Positions 36,877-47,645 of a DNA stretch of 64,000 nucleotides are shown here, piece by piece. A program made the position numbers and the translations under genes. The DNA comes from Eutreptiella sp. 'Long Island Sound 2002' (Eukaryota; Protista; Euglenida), in contig OZ038378.1 in NCBI GenBank assembly GCA_964036045.1, positions 187,364,001 through 187,428,000 of the forward strand, in the 5' to 3' direction. The notes under the pieces were generated by a model that was given only the letters and a program-made list of their open reading frames with translations, had not been told where the DNA came from and searched no databases. The number at the start of each line of letters is the position of its first letter. Positions within the stretch are counted from its first letter, which is position 1.

Positions 36877-37644
36877 CCCTTCGTGAACCGGCCGTTTGAA
36901 TCCGAGATTCACGGTACCGTGAATTTCACCAATTTTTGCTTTGTTTTGCTCGTAACTTGGCGCCATCGTTTGCGCTTCTTGTGCCATCTTCGCCAAAACG
37001 TTGTCCTTAGGAATGTCTTGAAATTTGATGTTTGACCTTGTTGGTAACTTCATAATGTTGGGCTCAACCACCGTGAACTCAACGTGAATTTACCAAATTC
37101 ACGCATGCGTGAATTTGCGTGAATTTCACGTGAATTTGGGTGATTTTTTGCTGAAATTTGAAAATTTCGGAAATTCGTACGAAATTCGTACGAGATTCAC
37201 ACGAAATTCGTACGAATTTCGTATGAATCTGGAGATTCGGGTGAAATTCGCAGAAAGCGCGCGCGACATTCGCACGAATTTCGTACGAATCTGCCAAATT
37301 CGCACGAATTTCGTACGAATTTCCTACTAATTCGTACGAAATTCGTACGAAATTCGTATGAAATTCGTACGAATTCCTCGAATCCAGGCCCAAAGGGCCC
37401 CGGGACATAATTCCCGGATTTTTGTTGGGCGCCGTTTGGGCCTGATGGGTCCGTTTGGGACGGGACCTTCATTGAATCATGGGGACTGCAAATGGAACTT
37501 GATTTTTGCCCCCTCTAATGCGTCATATTGAAGCTAAAATGTAGTGTTTTCTCAAAAAAACACCAAAAACGGGTCAAATTCGCGTGAAATTCACGACCGT
37601 GAATCTCGGATTCAAACGGCCACTTAACCCCCGTTCACGAAGGG
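36877..37644. mobile_element. 768-bp MITE with ~55-bp TIRs, TA target duplication (Tc1/mariner-like) and an internal palindromic repeat array
   Basis: Left end TA|CCCTTCGTGAAC..GGCCGTTTGAATCCGAGATTCACGGT; right end is the reverse complement, ending GTTCACGAAGGG|TA, with an ~11-nt indel. Internal array of AATTCGTACG(A) units at ~37073-37380. Confidence 0.8.
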
Positions 37645-38303
37645 TACAATGGGGCCCTGTCCCAACCCAACCCAATGCCCCCCCCCCCCTCCCCCGGCAA
37701 AGTAATCACCCTTGTTCTTTACGTAGGGGTGCGAAGGAGCCACCAGTGATGCCATGTTCCCCGGTGTGAGGGAAACGTTGCGCACAGCTGATGTCAATAG
37801 GGTGTACGCGGACTAGAGCAATGTGGACCTGATGTGGCCTGGGACAGCAAAGTCAGCAATGGTTGACTATTGAAGTCCTCTTGATAAACCAACATGACAA
37901 AATATCGCACAGTGGGTGCGAGTGCACGCACACCACCCCTTCCCTTGTGGGGTTCCCCCTTGCACTAGCCGCTTGTTCTTAAGCACTGGTCTATAGTCCA
38001 ATTGGAATCTCAGAGCGCAAAATCCACTCTGCCGTGAAAGACCTCCTTTCCGTACACACGTGGCCCCCTGAATTTGAATGCATGAATCTATTTTCAACAT
38101 TGAGATTTTCCTTTTCAATGGCGGCCGCGTGGTCGCTAATGCTGCATGCACTAACATGCATTAGACACCGTGTGAATCTGAAACCTCTTGGTTGCAGGGC
38201 TCCGCTGTGGCAATGGATCTTCCATCTACCCCCCCCCCCCTTTGCCGCCACGGTACAAAAAGCTTTTCGGGGCCAGGAGCCCTACATTGTTCTATGTGCT
38301 CAT

Positions 38304-39635
38304 ATGTCTGAAATTGCGAATATCAACAGGGCTGTTGCTATGCTTACGGAGAATTTGCGAGCGGTGGGGAAAATCTCATTGGTGCTGCTTGAAGGGGTCT
38401 GTGACAATCCAGATGTGTTCTTGAACAGAGCTCTGACTGTCAAGGAGAGCGTGACAGTCAATCCAGCGATGCTACAGCTGGCGGACAGGCCTCTGATTAC
38501 CAAGAAACAGCAGTATTCAGTATGGGTAATTCATACCACAACCGCGAGCAGGCTGACGCGTGCCTAGCCTAAATTCCGGCAAATTCGCATGTTTGCCCCG
38601 GGGGATGAGCCCAATGTTATAGTCTTCAAGGTGCCAAAGGAGGAAGAGAAGATGATGGTACTTCAGTACCATGTACAGTGGGAGCAGGAACTTTTCGACA
38701 GTCTGTCTATTCAGAAAACGGAGGCGGTGCTGGTTCCGGGGGCAGATCCGGGACAGTCCAGATACTTATTTTGCCAATTGTCTTTAGACCATGCGCACGA
38801 GCTTGTGCGACTGTATGGCAATAGAGCGCGGTTTGGCATCATGCCGCTGAAATGGTATCAGGGGGACGCGGTGGACGATCTTCCAAGAAGGTTTGAAGTT
38901 TACGTCAGCGCAGAGGTACGTGAGAAACACGCACCGTTTATGTTTGCCTATGTGCTGTCGCTGTTTTGGGAGCTCCGGCCCAATGGGCTCTTGGCAGCAC
39001 AATCGGGTGTGGCTATTCAAGTGGTCGGGTACAATAAAGTTCGACTGGGACTGTCTAACGCTGCGCACAACGTGCTGGTGGAACAGTTGGACAAGTGCTC
39101 CTCGCAGTATGGCCTTAAATTCAAAGATGAGGGTTCAGGGGAGTTTGTTGGCCAGGGTGACACGTACATACAGCCGCCAGCTGAGTGGGGACCGGCAGAT
39201 AACTTGTTCCTGATCAATGTGCCGCCGTGGTGGGGGGAAAAGGCGATCGTGGCAATCATGCAAACCTCTGAAGTGGAGAAACTTATTGTGCGACGCATGA
39301 GATGGTCGGTGGGTGAGATACGCACCCTCACGTGGAAAGTGTGTGTGCCGCAGGCAAAAACGCCCAAAATACTGGGATCTGTGTTTCGAGGATCCGAAGG
39401 AGACTTCCTGATGCAGGTCATTTCTCAACCTGAGTATGCCATGCGTAGGGAGCGAGGCAATCCTAAAGGTGGAGGCAAAGGAAGAGGCAAAGGGGGAGCC
39501 GGCTCCAGTAGTGCGTCTGTGTCCTCGTCGCGTAGCTACAGTTCAGTGGCATCGTCTGGTGCCTCCACGTCAGTGGCGTCGTCGGCTGCCATGGAGTGTG
39601 ATGTGGATATGAAGTTCAACAAGCGAAAGCGATGA
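38304..39635 (+). pseudogene. Retrotransposon ORF1 (~443 codons) interrupted by one in-frame TAG at 38565-38567
   Basis: Track ORFs 38034..38567 and 38589..39635 share a frame and are separated only by TAG plus 7 sense codons. The C-terminus is basic, G-rich (RGNPKGGGKGRGKGG) and S-rich. The start at ATG 38304 is an estimate. Confidence 0.7.
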
Positions 39636-42600
39636 TTTCTCTTTCCTTAATGAGCCGACGTTGGGCGGCGGTAACCACCAACGTCAATGGGTGGCATAGG
39701 AAGCCACCGGATAAGGCGGAAATGCGTAAAGTTCTGTTGATCCGTATGCTGAGACAACATCATGTGGACATAGCGGCAGTGCAGGAGCACCATATCACCA
39801 CACAACCGGTGCTCGATTCGCAAAAGCTGTGGGCGGAGAAGCGAGGGTATGGGTTGGCGGCAGTGCCGACCCCAACTAACATGCGTGGTGGGGTGTTATT
39901 AATGTGGAGGACCCCAGTGTGGGAATTGCAGTCGGCGGAGTACATTGGACATCGACTTATTGTAGCTGTGCTCAAGCATGTGTCGGGGGACTCCATACAA
40001 GTGCTCGCGGGGCATTTACATCACGATGCGCCTCAGCGACAAAAACAATGGGAGCAACTGGGAAGGCGATTGAGCCCAGCAGGGGCCCCACTGATCGCGC
40101 TGTGCGATCACAACTCCCATATAATTCCGGGAGTGGACAGTGAAGGAATGAAGGAAAGTAAATTAAAAACACAGCTCAATGACAAGGCTAGGCAGCAGGA
40201 GGTCCAGATACTGGAAAAGTGTAAGTTGCATGATGCGTGGGATGTCCTGTATGGCGAGTGTGATGACCGCCCGAATGGGTTCACGTACGGGTGGGTGCAG
40301 AAGCCTGAGGTGAGATGGAAGCCCAGACGACTAGACAGGGTGCATGTGGCAGACTCCCTACGGGAATATGTCCAAGGAGTGTACACCACAACAGCAGTGG
40401 CTTCCGACCACAAGGCAGTGGTGGTGCAATTTGAGCAACCGCCGATGCGCAGGGTGCAACCGCGTCTGCGGTTCCCAACAGAAATGTTAAGTGATCAGTC
40501 AGCAGTGGACAACCTACGAGGTCTGTTGCAGGGATTGCAGGCGCCAGACTCGCAAAATGTATTCCAGTGGTGGAATGAAGCTGAGGCAATCATTCAAGAA
40601 CAAGGGGTCCAGTGGCGACGAATGAACCCACGAGAAGATCACTTGCCGATACAGGGCATTCTGCGATTGTCATCCCCCGGAAGGGTGGTCCCGGCTGGGT
40701 GGGAATATTTGGCAGACAAAGGGGTCTGCCCAGAAACATCAGCTCAGGCGTACCAGTTGCTGGTGGTATATGCTGACCGGGAGGCCAAAGACTCTCAAAG
40801 GCAATCACTGTGTCATATGCTCAAGGAGGAGTTTCTCAGCAAGCGGCAAGAGGCTGCTGCACAGGCTGAACGCCGGAGGAAGGTACATGTGCAATTGAGG
40901 GAGTTGCAAGCCAAGAGGCAGCTGTATGGTATCAAGAACAAACAGGGGGTGTACTGCACACGGCCGCAAGACATCGCGACCGCATTTAAGGAATTCTGGG
41001 AGCAAGTCATGAAAAAACCAGACCAGTCGGTAGAACAGTGCAGAGAGTGGATGCTAGGTCTGGGGGATACCGCGCAGGGTGCGACAGGCATTGCCCAAGC
41101 TGACAAAGGAAGTGCCCGAGGACACGGTGCAGGCTGCGCTCGAGCGCATGAAGAAGGGATTGTCGCCGGGATTAGACGGGATCCCGGTTGAGGTCTACTC
41201 AGCAATGGCAGAGGTGTTCATCCCTCCTATGACTATGGCGATCAAAAGCTGTCTTCAACAGCGTCAGGTGCCAGCACAATGGCTGGTGAGCTTGCAGCAA
41301 AATATACCAAAGGGTCGGGCAGCGGACACAGTCGGCGAGATGCGACCTATTGCATTACAGACGGTGATTTGGAAATGGATGGCTACAACCATCCTAGTCC
41401 TCATAGAGGACGCGTTGCAGGTAGCAGTGCCACCAGCCCAAAAGGGGTTTTTGAAAAATAGACAAATGCTCCAGCACATAATAAACGCCAAGGGCCTGTG
41501 GCACTCGGAGACAGAGGGCACATTTCTGTCAGTGGACTTCGCCAAAGCTTATGATTCAGTATCACACAGCTTCTTTGCAGCAGGCATGCAGTTCTTGGGA
41601 ATGCCGACTGAGATCACAGAGCTTCTAGTGCATTCACTGTCAGGACCGGTGCAGTTCTGTGTGGACAATGGTGTGGTTCCTGGCATTTCCATGCAGCCGG
41701 AGTCTGGGATTCGCCAAGGCGACCCACTATCCCCGCCAATCTTTGCGTTACTAACAGTCTTCCTGGTGTTCCAGTTCCGGAAACGGTGTCCGGAAGCACA
41801 GCTAATGCTGTATGCAGATGACTTATTAATATGGATACCTGGGGGGGATGAGGAAGCTCTGAAACAAGCAGAACGAGCTATGAGTCTGCTCAATGAGTTC
41901 GGGAAGTTCTCGGGACTACATGTCAATCCGTCCAAATCTTTTGCGGTACTCAAACGGGTGTGCGGTCCGTTGCCAGAGCGCTATGTTGGGTTGGAAGTGC
42001 GGGAAAGAGTCAAGTACCTGGGTGTTTTAATTGGACAGGTGAATGCGGAGCAGGCCTATGCTGGTCCAATGGCTAAAATGAAGTCCAGGGCGACTTTTCT
42101 GAAAACATTACCATTGGATCTGTGGGAACGTGCTGAAATCTACAAGGTGTGGGTGCAGCCTGTGGTGCAGTTAACAGCACGAGTGTATGAACCATCACAG
42201 AAGGTGTTGACGACTCTCAATGTTATATTCAAAATTGCCTTGGGGATCTCCACGTGGGACCTCAGCCCAGCGATGTTGGCGCTGCCGTACAACCAGGGTG
42301 GAGTGTGGACGTACCCACTGGCTGTCTGGGTGCGATTTCAGTATGGGCGCTTGTTCCAATCTGTTCTAAAGGATAAAGTGTGCTTCTTAGGCCAATGGGT
42401 AGCGAATTTCGAACAGTGGGCGGAGTCAATTGGGCTGTTCCTGAGGCCATCTTTCTTGCCATATCTGCAGCTAGCTGTGGTAAAAATGAGCGCGCGAACG
42501 TGGCTGCAAGCATCAGTGCTCATGTTTTCGCGGTTGCGCCAGCGGGCGGCAGCTCCGCCCTTGGTGGGAACACCCAGCAACATGCCGCTGTGGCACAACG

Positions 42601-44117
42601 TGCTCTTGAGAAACAAATTGGGACATACCTATTATTCTCCGAGTCTCGTGCGCAAGGGGATTAGCACATTGGCACAAATTGTGGAGGGAGGAGAGTTGCA
42701 GGCGGCGGTGAAACTACCTCCGACATGGGCGCCGGTGTATCGGACGAAAATACCACAAGTGCTTGCTTTACCAGTGCAGGATTTGCCTAAAGAGTGGACG
42801 CAACCAAATCAGAAAATGCTAGCAGTGCTTTGCCCGCTGGAGCCGCCACAAAAACGGCAGGAGCCAGAGGTGTGGGAACAGTTAGCGCAACTCAAGTTAC
42901 CGGGGGCGCAACGAGATTTCATGCGAAGGGCGCTGTGGAAAAAGCTAGCAGTGGGGGCGCGCACGCAGCACGCATATCATCAGCCCAACTGCATTTTATG
43001 CTCTGTACCCGAAACTATCAAACATGTGCTTACAGCGTGCAAATTCTGGCCAGTGGCCGTGGATATTGTGCGTAAAGCCTTTGGCCCGGTATGGGGCCGA
43101 GACGGGGCCATGTGCCCCATGGATACGTTGCTTGTGGCTCAGCCACTGTTATCGCTGAGCACCACGCAGGGACTGGCGCTATGGGCAGCGGCGAGAGCGT
43201 CCTGGGTCCTGCGATGTGATGCAAAATTTAGATCGCTGTCGGTGGCAATGCCTGACTTTGTAGTAGCCTGGATGACACTTGTAGAGGTGTGGGCGTCAGC
43301 ACCACAGTCATCATTTGTGAGACAAGAGGCCAAGCATCTGTGCAACTGTCTAAGGAAATTCTTGGATGGAGATCAGCCATTTCCCTCCATGCAGCCACAG
43401 GGGGCAATTGTCAGAGGACGGGGGGTACAAGTGCCAAAAAAGGCAAAATGGGCATCGGTTTTGCCGGGCCTACTGCAGAGAATTGACGCTAAAGCACAGC
43501 AAGGATGGAATGTGGCTTTTGTTGATGGGTCCAAGCAGGAGACAGGTGGTGTGCATCATGCAGGCTATGGTGTGTGGTTTGGGGACAATGACGCTCGCAA
43601 TGAGGAGCTGCCGCTATTGAACACAGAGCGGCAATCTATAACTCGGGCAGAGCTGAGAGCAGCCCTTCGGGCTGTATATCATAAATGCCCAGGACGGCCT
43701 CTCCTGGTGGTGACAGACTCGGAACTGGTGTATAAAGGGTTAACAGGAAAATGCAACAAGTGGTCCAGGCACAAATGGGTGGGCTCCAGGGGACCGCTGG
43801 CGCATGTTGATCTGTGGGAGGATTTGTGGGGGCAGTGGCAGCTACTAGGGGACAGTGTGGATGTGCTATGGGTGCCGTCACATGTGGGGGTCACGGGAAA
43901 TGAGCATGCAGACGCCAAGGCGTCCAAGGGAGCGAGAAAGGCATATGAATGTGTCATGAAACAAAAATCAGTGCAGGATATCTGGGGGGAGTTGGGACTG
44001 CAGGAAATGCCTGACTCGTATGACACGGACTCAAACTGCTCGGGGGGGTCCCACATTTCAGAGGAATTAAATGAGGACAACTCAGAGAACTGGCCCAAGC
44101 GGTGTCGGTACAGCTAA
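39632..44117 (+). pseudogene. Retrotransposon ORF2 (APE endonuclease - RT - zinc finger - RNase H), 1494 aa once one G is removed from the G5 run at 41062-41066
   Basis: CTG GGG G ATA CCG: deleting one G joins ...EWMLGLG to IPRRVRQALPKLTKEV... and fuses track ORFs 39632..41191 and 41079..44117. Confidence 0.88.
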
Positions 44118-44431
44118 TCGGGGCCATGGGGAGGGCAGAGTGAGGTGACCTGCGAACAATGCTATGTCTGTGAACAAACAGTGCTGCAGTGCAGCAGAAC
44201 AATGTTGTTGGCGATGACCTATGACCTGTGTCACGGGGGTCATATGGTAGCTGAGTATCCGTTGCTCCACACCCCCTTTGTAATCCCCCCCCCTGCAATC
44301 CCCCACTCCTATGGGGGGGGGGGCAGTCACTTTGATTTGCTTTTGACACGGGGTTGTTGCGTTGTGCTTCGTTGTTCTTTGTGTGCTAGTCCCCATTATC
44401 AGAGTTGACTCCTTTTCTCGGTCAGACACAA

Positions 44432-45026
44432 ATGTATGCCACCGGCAATCATGTCTGGTACCACTCTTGCAGCCGGGGTGCCCCACTGTTAGCAACTGTC
44501 ATTGGGACCTCACCCTCTAGGCCTGAGCTCCTCCACATTCAATACTGGGGCACTGTCAACGTTGTGGACCATACTTCAGCCGGGTTATCGGTTGGAGGCA
44601 GTGCAAGGGTCATTTCCTGTATCACCAAAATCTCTCTACCACTCTTCACAACCTTCACTTCCAGGTTCACCACAAGTACCTCCACCCACACTAGAGGCAA
44701 CTATACCCAAACCAGCACCCAAGCGTGCCGTAAAACAGACCCTCTGAACGTTTGCAGAACAATTTATGAAGCCCAAGACCCCTACCATAGATGACACCGA
44801 AAATGATGCCATCATGCTTTTGACCGGGAAGCCTCAGGAGCCTGAAATCTCACAACCGCCATCCCCTACTGCAGCTAGGGACGCAGTTTTAGTGGATGCA
44901 ATGAGACCTCCCGTGAAACGTTGCCCCAAGGCCTTGTGGAGCGGGCACGTTACAAAAATGACATCGATGTTTCAGTTGGATTGGTTCTACCGGTGTTGTG
45001 CATGCAATGTTGCAATTATCAAGTAG
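44432..45026 (+). pseudogene. Decayed ORF: ~55-aa beta-rich N-terminal module, P/S-rich linker, Cys-containing tail; probably from a mobile element
   Basis: ATG 44432 MYATGNHVWYHS...LATVIGTSP...HIQY...VDH. A frameshift near 44590 leads into RLEAV...; TGA at 44745-44747; the same frame continues to RCPKALWSGHV...WFYRCCAC. Similar module at 60748-60954. Confidence 0.45.
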
Positions 45027-45190
45027 GGGGGGGGGGTACAAGGAGTGACACGAACAGCACTGCTCATGTAGAGTCTAGGATGCTCTTCCCCAGCGCCTAC
45101 ATGTATCACATTGCTGGCATGTACACAGGCCTGAAAAACAAAGTTCCCCATCTCCCCAGCCGGTTGTCCCAATGACTTTCCGTGCATTCA

Positions 45191-45201
45191 CTTTCATTCA
45201 G
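45191..45201 (+). promoter_or_regulatory. Candidate 3' splice acceptor 11 nt upstream of the ATG
   Basis: CTTTCATTCAG|GCGAGGTTCCC-ATG, the same spacing as at 24508-24521. Confidence 0.5.
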
Positions 45202-45212
45202 GCGAGGTTCCC

Positions 45213-47645
45213 ATGTTGAACATCGCCGCACTGGAGGAAGCTGGGGAGGTGTTGCTGTCAAAGAAACGGCTGTACCACGCCCTGCATGCGAACTCGGCAA
45301 ACAAAAGTCGCTGGGTGGTCCCCATCACTGCAGCGGCAGCATTCGCCTCCGGTGTGATCTCGACCCTACTTGTCCAACAGGCTGCACCGGGTTATCACGC
45401 CTTTGACCCCACCGAGCTCCGTGTGATAGCAAGCCTACAAGTCATCCCGCAGCCACAAGTGCAGAATATTGCCGGTGCACCCAGAGCACAGCATGGGCCA
45501 CCAAGGTCTGCCGAGCAGCCCGACAGACCCACAACTGCAAAGCCACCACCACTGCCCATGCAGCCCACAAAAGTGGATGATCCTGCGGTGGCACCTGCAC
45601 CAAAGGACTCACTCCGCAACGAGCTGGTCAACCCCGAGGAGGCACTGAAAGCCGCAAGTGCAGCCCTTGACAAAGCCCTCGACAAAGCTGAAGTGATTCT
45701 GATGTATATTCTCAAGGATGACGCGAAGGACATGGACTTGCCGAAGGCCCAGAAGGCTGCGAAGATCGTCGGCAATTTGGTGAGTAAGCGCAAGAAGGCA
45801 GCCAAAGGGGCGGCGGACCCTGCCCTCGCTCTTGCACTTGTGGAGCACGCGGAGAAAGAGCAGGTTCTCGTGAACAACGTTGTGGCCGCAATGCTGTCGA
45901 AGCAGGACGCCGAGAAAGCCCTTGTCCGCTCCGTGGTCGCTGCATCGTCCTCCAGCGGATCCGCCCTTCCCTCGACGGACCTGCCCGTCACAAACCTGGA
46001 CGACCCACAGGCGGCCCTGGATGCCGCCACCGCGGCCCTTGACCAAGCCCTTGCCAAGGCCGACGTGATTCTCACGTGGGTTCTCGGCAGCGATGCGAAG
46101 AACATGAACCTGGAGAAGGCGCAGAAGGCCCTGAGGGCGATTGATGACCTGGTCCAAGGGCGCAAGGAGGCGGCCAAGGTGGCGACGGACCCCGCCCAAG
46201 CCCTTGCAATGCTGGACAAAGCCGAGAGAAAGCGGGTTCTGTTGAACAACGTCGTGTCAGCAATGGTCATCAAACAGGACTGGGAGCGCGCCCTGGCTCG
46301 CTCTGGGCGCACTGCAAAGCCCGGGGCATCCTCGTCCCAGTCGGCGAGAGCCAAGCCCCCACCAAAGGAGCTAACCCCCACGCACCTGGACGACCCACAG
46401 GAAGCGCTCAAAGCGGCACAGGCGGCCCTGAACAAAGCGCTGGACAAGGCAGACGTCGTTCTCTCGTGGATTCTGGGAGCCGAGGCACGTGACATGGACT
46501 TGGAGAAGGCCCAGAAGGCTGCAGCGATGGTTGATGGTCTGGTGGACAAGCGCAAGGAGGCAGCCAAGGCGGCGGCCGACCCTGCGCTACCCCTTGCGCT
46601 GGTGGAGAAGGCGGAGAAGAAGCAGCTGCTCATGAACAACGTCGTGTCAGCGATGTTGTTGAAGCAGGCTGCTGAGCAGACCCTGGGCCGCTCTAAGGGG
46701 ACTACGCCTTCCAAGTCGAAGGGCGCGTTGAAACCCGACAAGCTCCACACAGACCTGAGCAAGCCCGAGGAGGCACTGCAAGCGGCGAATGCGGCGCTTG
46801 GCAAGGCCATTGACAAGGCGGAAGTGACTCTGACGTTCCTTCTCGGGGACGACGCCAAGGACATGACCATCGAGAAGGCAGAGAAGGCCCTGCAGCTGAT
46901 GGACGAGTTGGTGCAGAAGCGCAAGGAGGCCGCCAAAGTGGCGCGAGACCCGCTTCCGGCGCTTGCGCTCGTGGAGCAGGAGGAGAAGCAGCAGCAGCTT
47001 GTGAAGAATGTCTTGTCAGCGATGATGTTGCAACAGGATTGGGGGCGAGCCGTGGCTCGCTCCAAAGAGCCTCTTCCAGCGGCGGTGGGGTCGATGCCAC
47101 CCAAGGATTTGTCCCCCACAAACCTGGACGACCCGCAGGAGGCGCTCAAAGCAGCACAGGCGGCCCTGGACAAAGCCCTGGACAAAGCGGAGGTCATTCT
47201 CTCGTGGGTATTGGGGGCTGACGCACGGGACATGACCCTGGAGAAGGCCCAGAAGGCTTTGGCGATGCTGGACGGTCTGGTGGACCAGCGCAAGGAGGCG
47301 GCCAAGGAGGTGGCAGACCCGGCGCAAGCGCATCTGATGGTGGAGAAGGCCGAGAGGAAGCAGCTGCTCGTGAACAACGTGGTGTCCGCAATGATCATCA
47401 AGGAGGACTGGGAGCGAGCTCTCGGCCGCGCCACGGGGACGGCACAGTCGTCGTCGTCTGCCGCATCGAAGACTGCCCCGTCCTCCGCCCAGTCGTCTGC
47501 TCAATCGAAGACCAGTCCGGAGGGGACCAGTCCCGAGGCTGCGAGTGCCTCGTTTACAACGGCCGTGCGCTGGCTGTCTGACTGGTGGACGTGGCTGACT
47601 CACCCCAGCACAACGGCTGCGGCTGAAGGGGCCGCCCCGAGATGA
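45213..47645 (+). CDS. Intronless 810-aa paralogue of 24521-27361 with five ~96-aa helical repeats; function unknown
   Basis: Same N-terminal hydrophobic leader (AAAAFASGVISTLL), same MQPTK motif, five copies of the same domain. Trp-rich C-tail (RWLSDWWTWL) replaces the long TM. Stop TGA. Confidence 0.9.
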   Translation: MLNIAALEEAGEVLLSKKRLYHALHANSANKSRWVVPITAAAAFASGVISTLLVQQAAPGYHAFDPTELRVIASLQVIPQPQVQNIAGAPRAQHGPPRSAEQPDRPTTAKPPPLPMQPTKVDDPAVAPAPKDSLRNELVNPEEALKAASAALDKALDKAEVILMYILKDDAKDMDLPKAQKAAKIVGNLVSKRKKAAKGAADPALALALVEHAEKEQVLVNNVVAAMLSKQDAEKALVRSVVAASSSSGSALPSTDLPVTNLDDPQAALDAATAALDQALAKADVILTWVLGSDAKNMNLEKAQKALRAIDDLVQGRKEAAKVATDPAQALAMLDKAERKRVLLNNVVSAMVIKQDWERALARSGRTAKPGASSSQSARAKPPPKELTPTHLDDPQEALKAAQAALNKALDKADVVLSWILGAEARDMDLEKAQKAAAMVDGLVDKRKEAAKAAADPALPLALVEKAEKKQLLMNNVVSAMLLKQAAEQTLGRSKGTTPSKSKGALKPDKLHTDLSKPEEALQAANAALGKAIDKAEVTLTFLLGDDAKDMTIEKAEKALQLMDELVQKRKEAAKVARDPLPALALVEQEEKQQQLVKNVLSAMMLQQDWGRAVARSKEPLPAAVGSMPPKDLSPTNLDDPQEALKAAQAALDKALDKAEVILSWVLGADARDMTLEKAQKALAMLDGLVDQRKEAAKEVADPAQAHLMVEKAERKQLLVNNVVSAMIIKEDWERALGRATGTAQSSSSAASKTAPSSAQSSAQSKTSPEGTSPEAASASFTTAVRWLSDWWTWLTHPSTTAAAEGAAPR

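Larger units (their letters stand above)
38304..44117 (+). mobile_element. Non-LTR retrotransposon, L1/Tx1-like, with C-terminal RNase H; near-intact but carrying two lesions. Coordinates cover ORF1 start to ORF2 stop; true ends were not determined.
   Basis: APE motifs (TTNVNG, VQEHH, LCDHN, RLDRV, SDH); RT motifs (SPGLDG, RPIAL, DFAKAYDSVSH, GIRQGDPLSP, YADD, SGLHVN, KYLG); C-x2-C...ETIKH zf-RVT-like motif; RNase H (FVDGS, RAEL, TDS, WVPSH, GNEHAD). No TSD or poly(A) found. Confidence 0.93.

Noticed and set aside
36760-37071. 103-aa minus-strand ORF that looks protein-like
   Set aside because: It runs through a MITE TIR into flanking DNA and has no transposase motif.
37073-37380. CRISPR-like or iteron-like array
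   Set aside because: Units are ~11 bp and abut without unique spacers; they lie inside a TIR element in a eukaryotic context.
38565-38567. TAG reassigned to an amino acid (alternative genetic code)
   Set aside because: The LRRC34-like gene ends at TAG after a complete C-terminus, and no internal stops occur in any host CDS.
45395-47434. 679-aa minus-strand ORF
   Set aside because: Antisense shadow of paralogue B.
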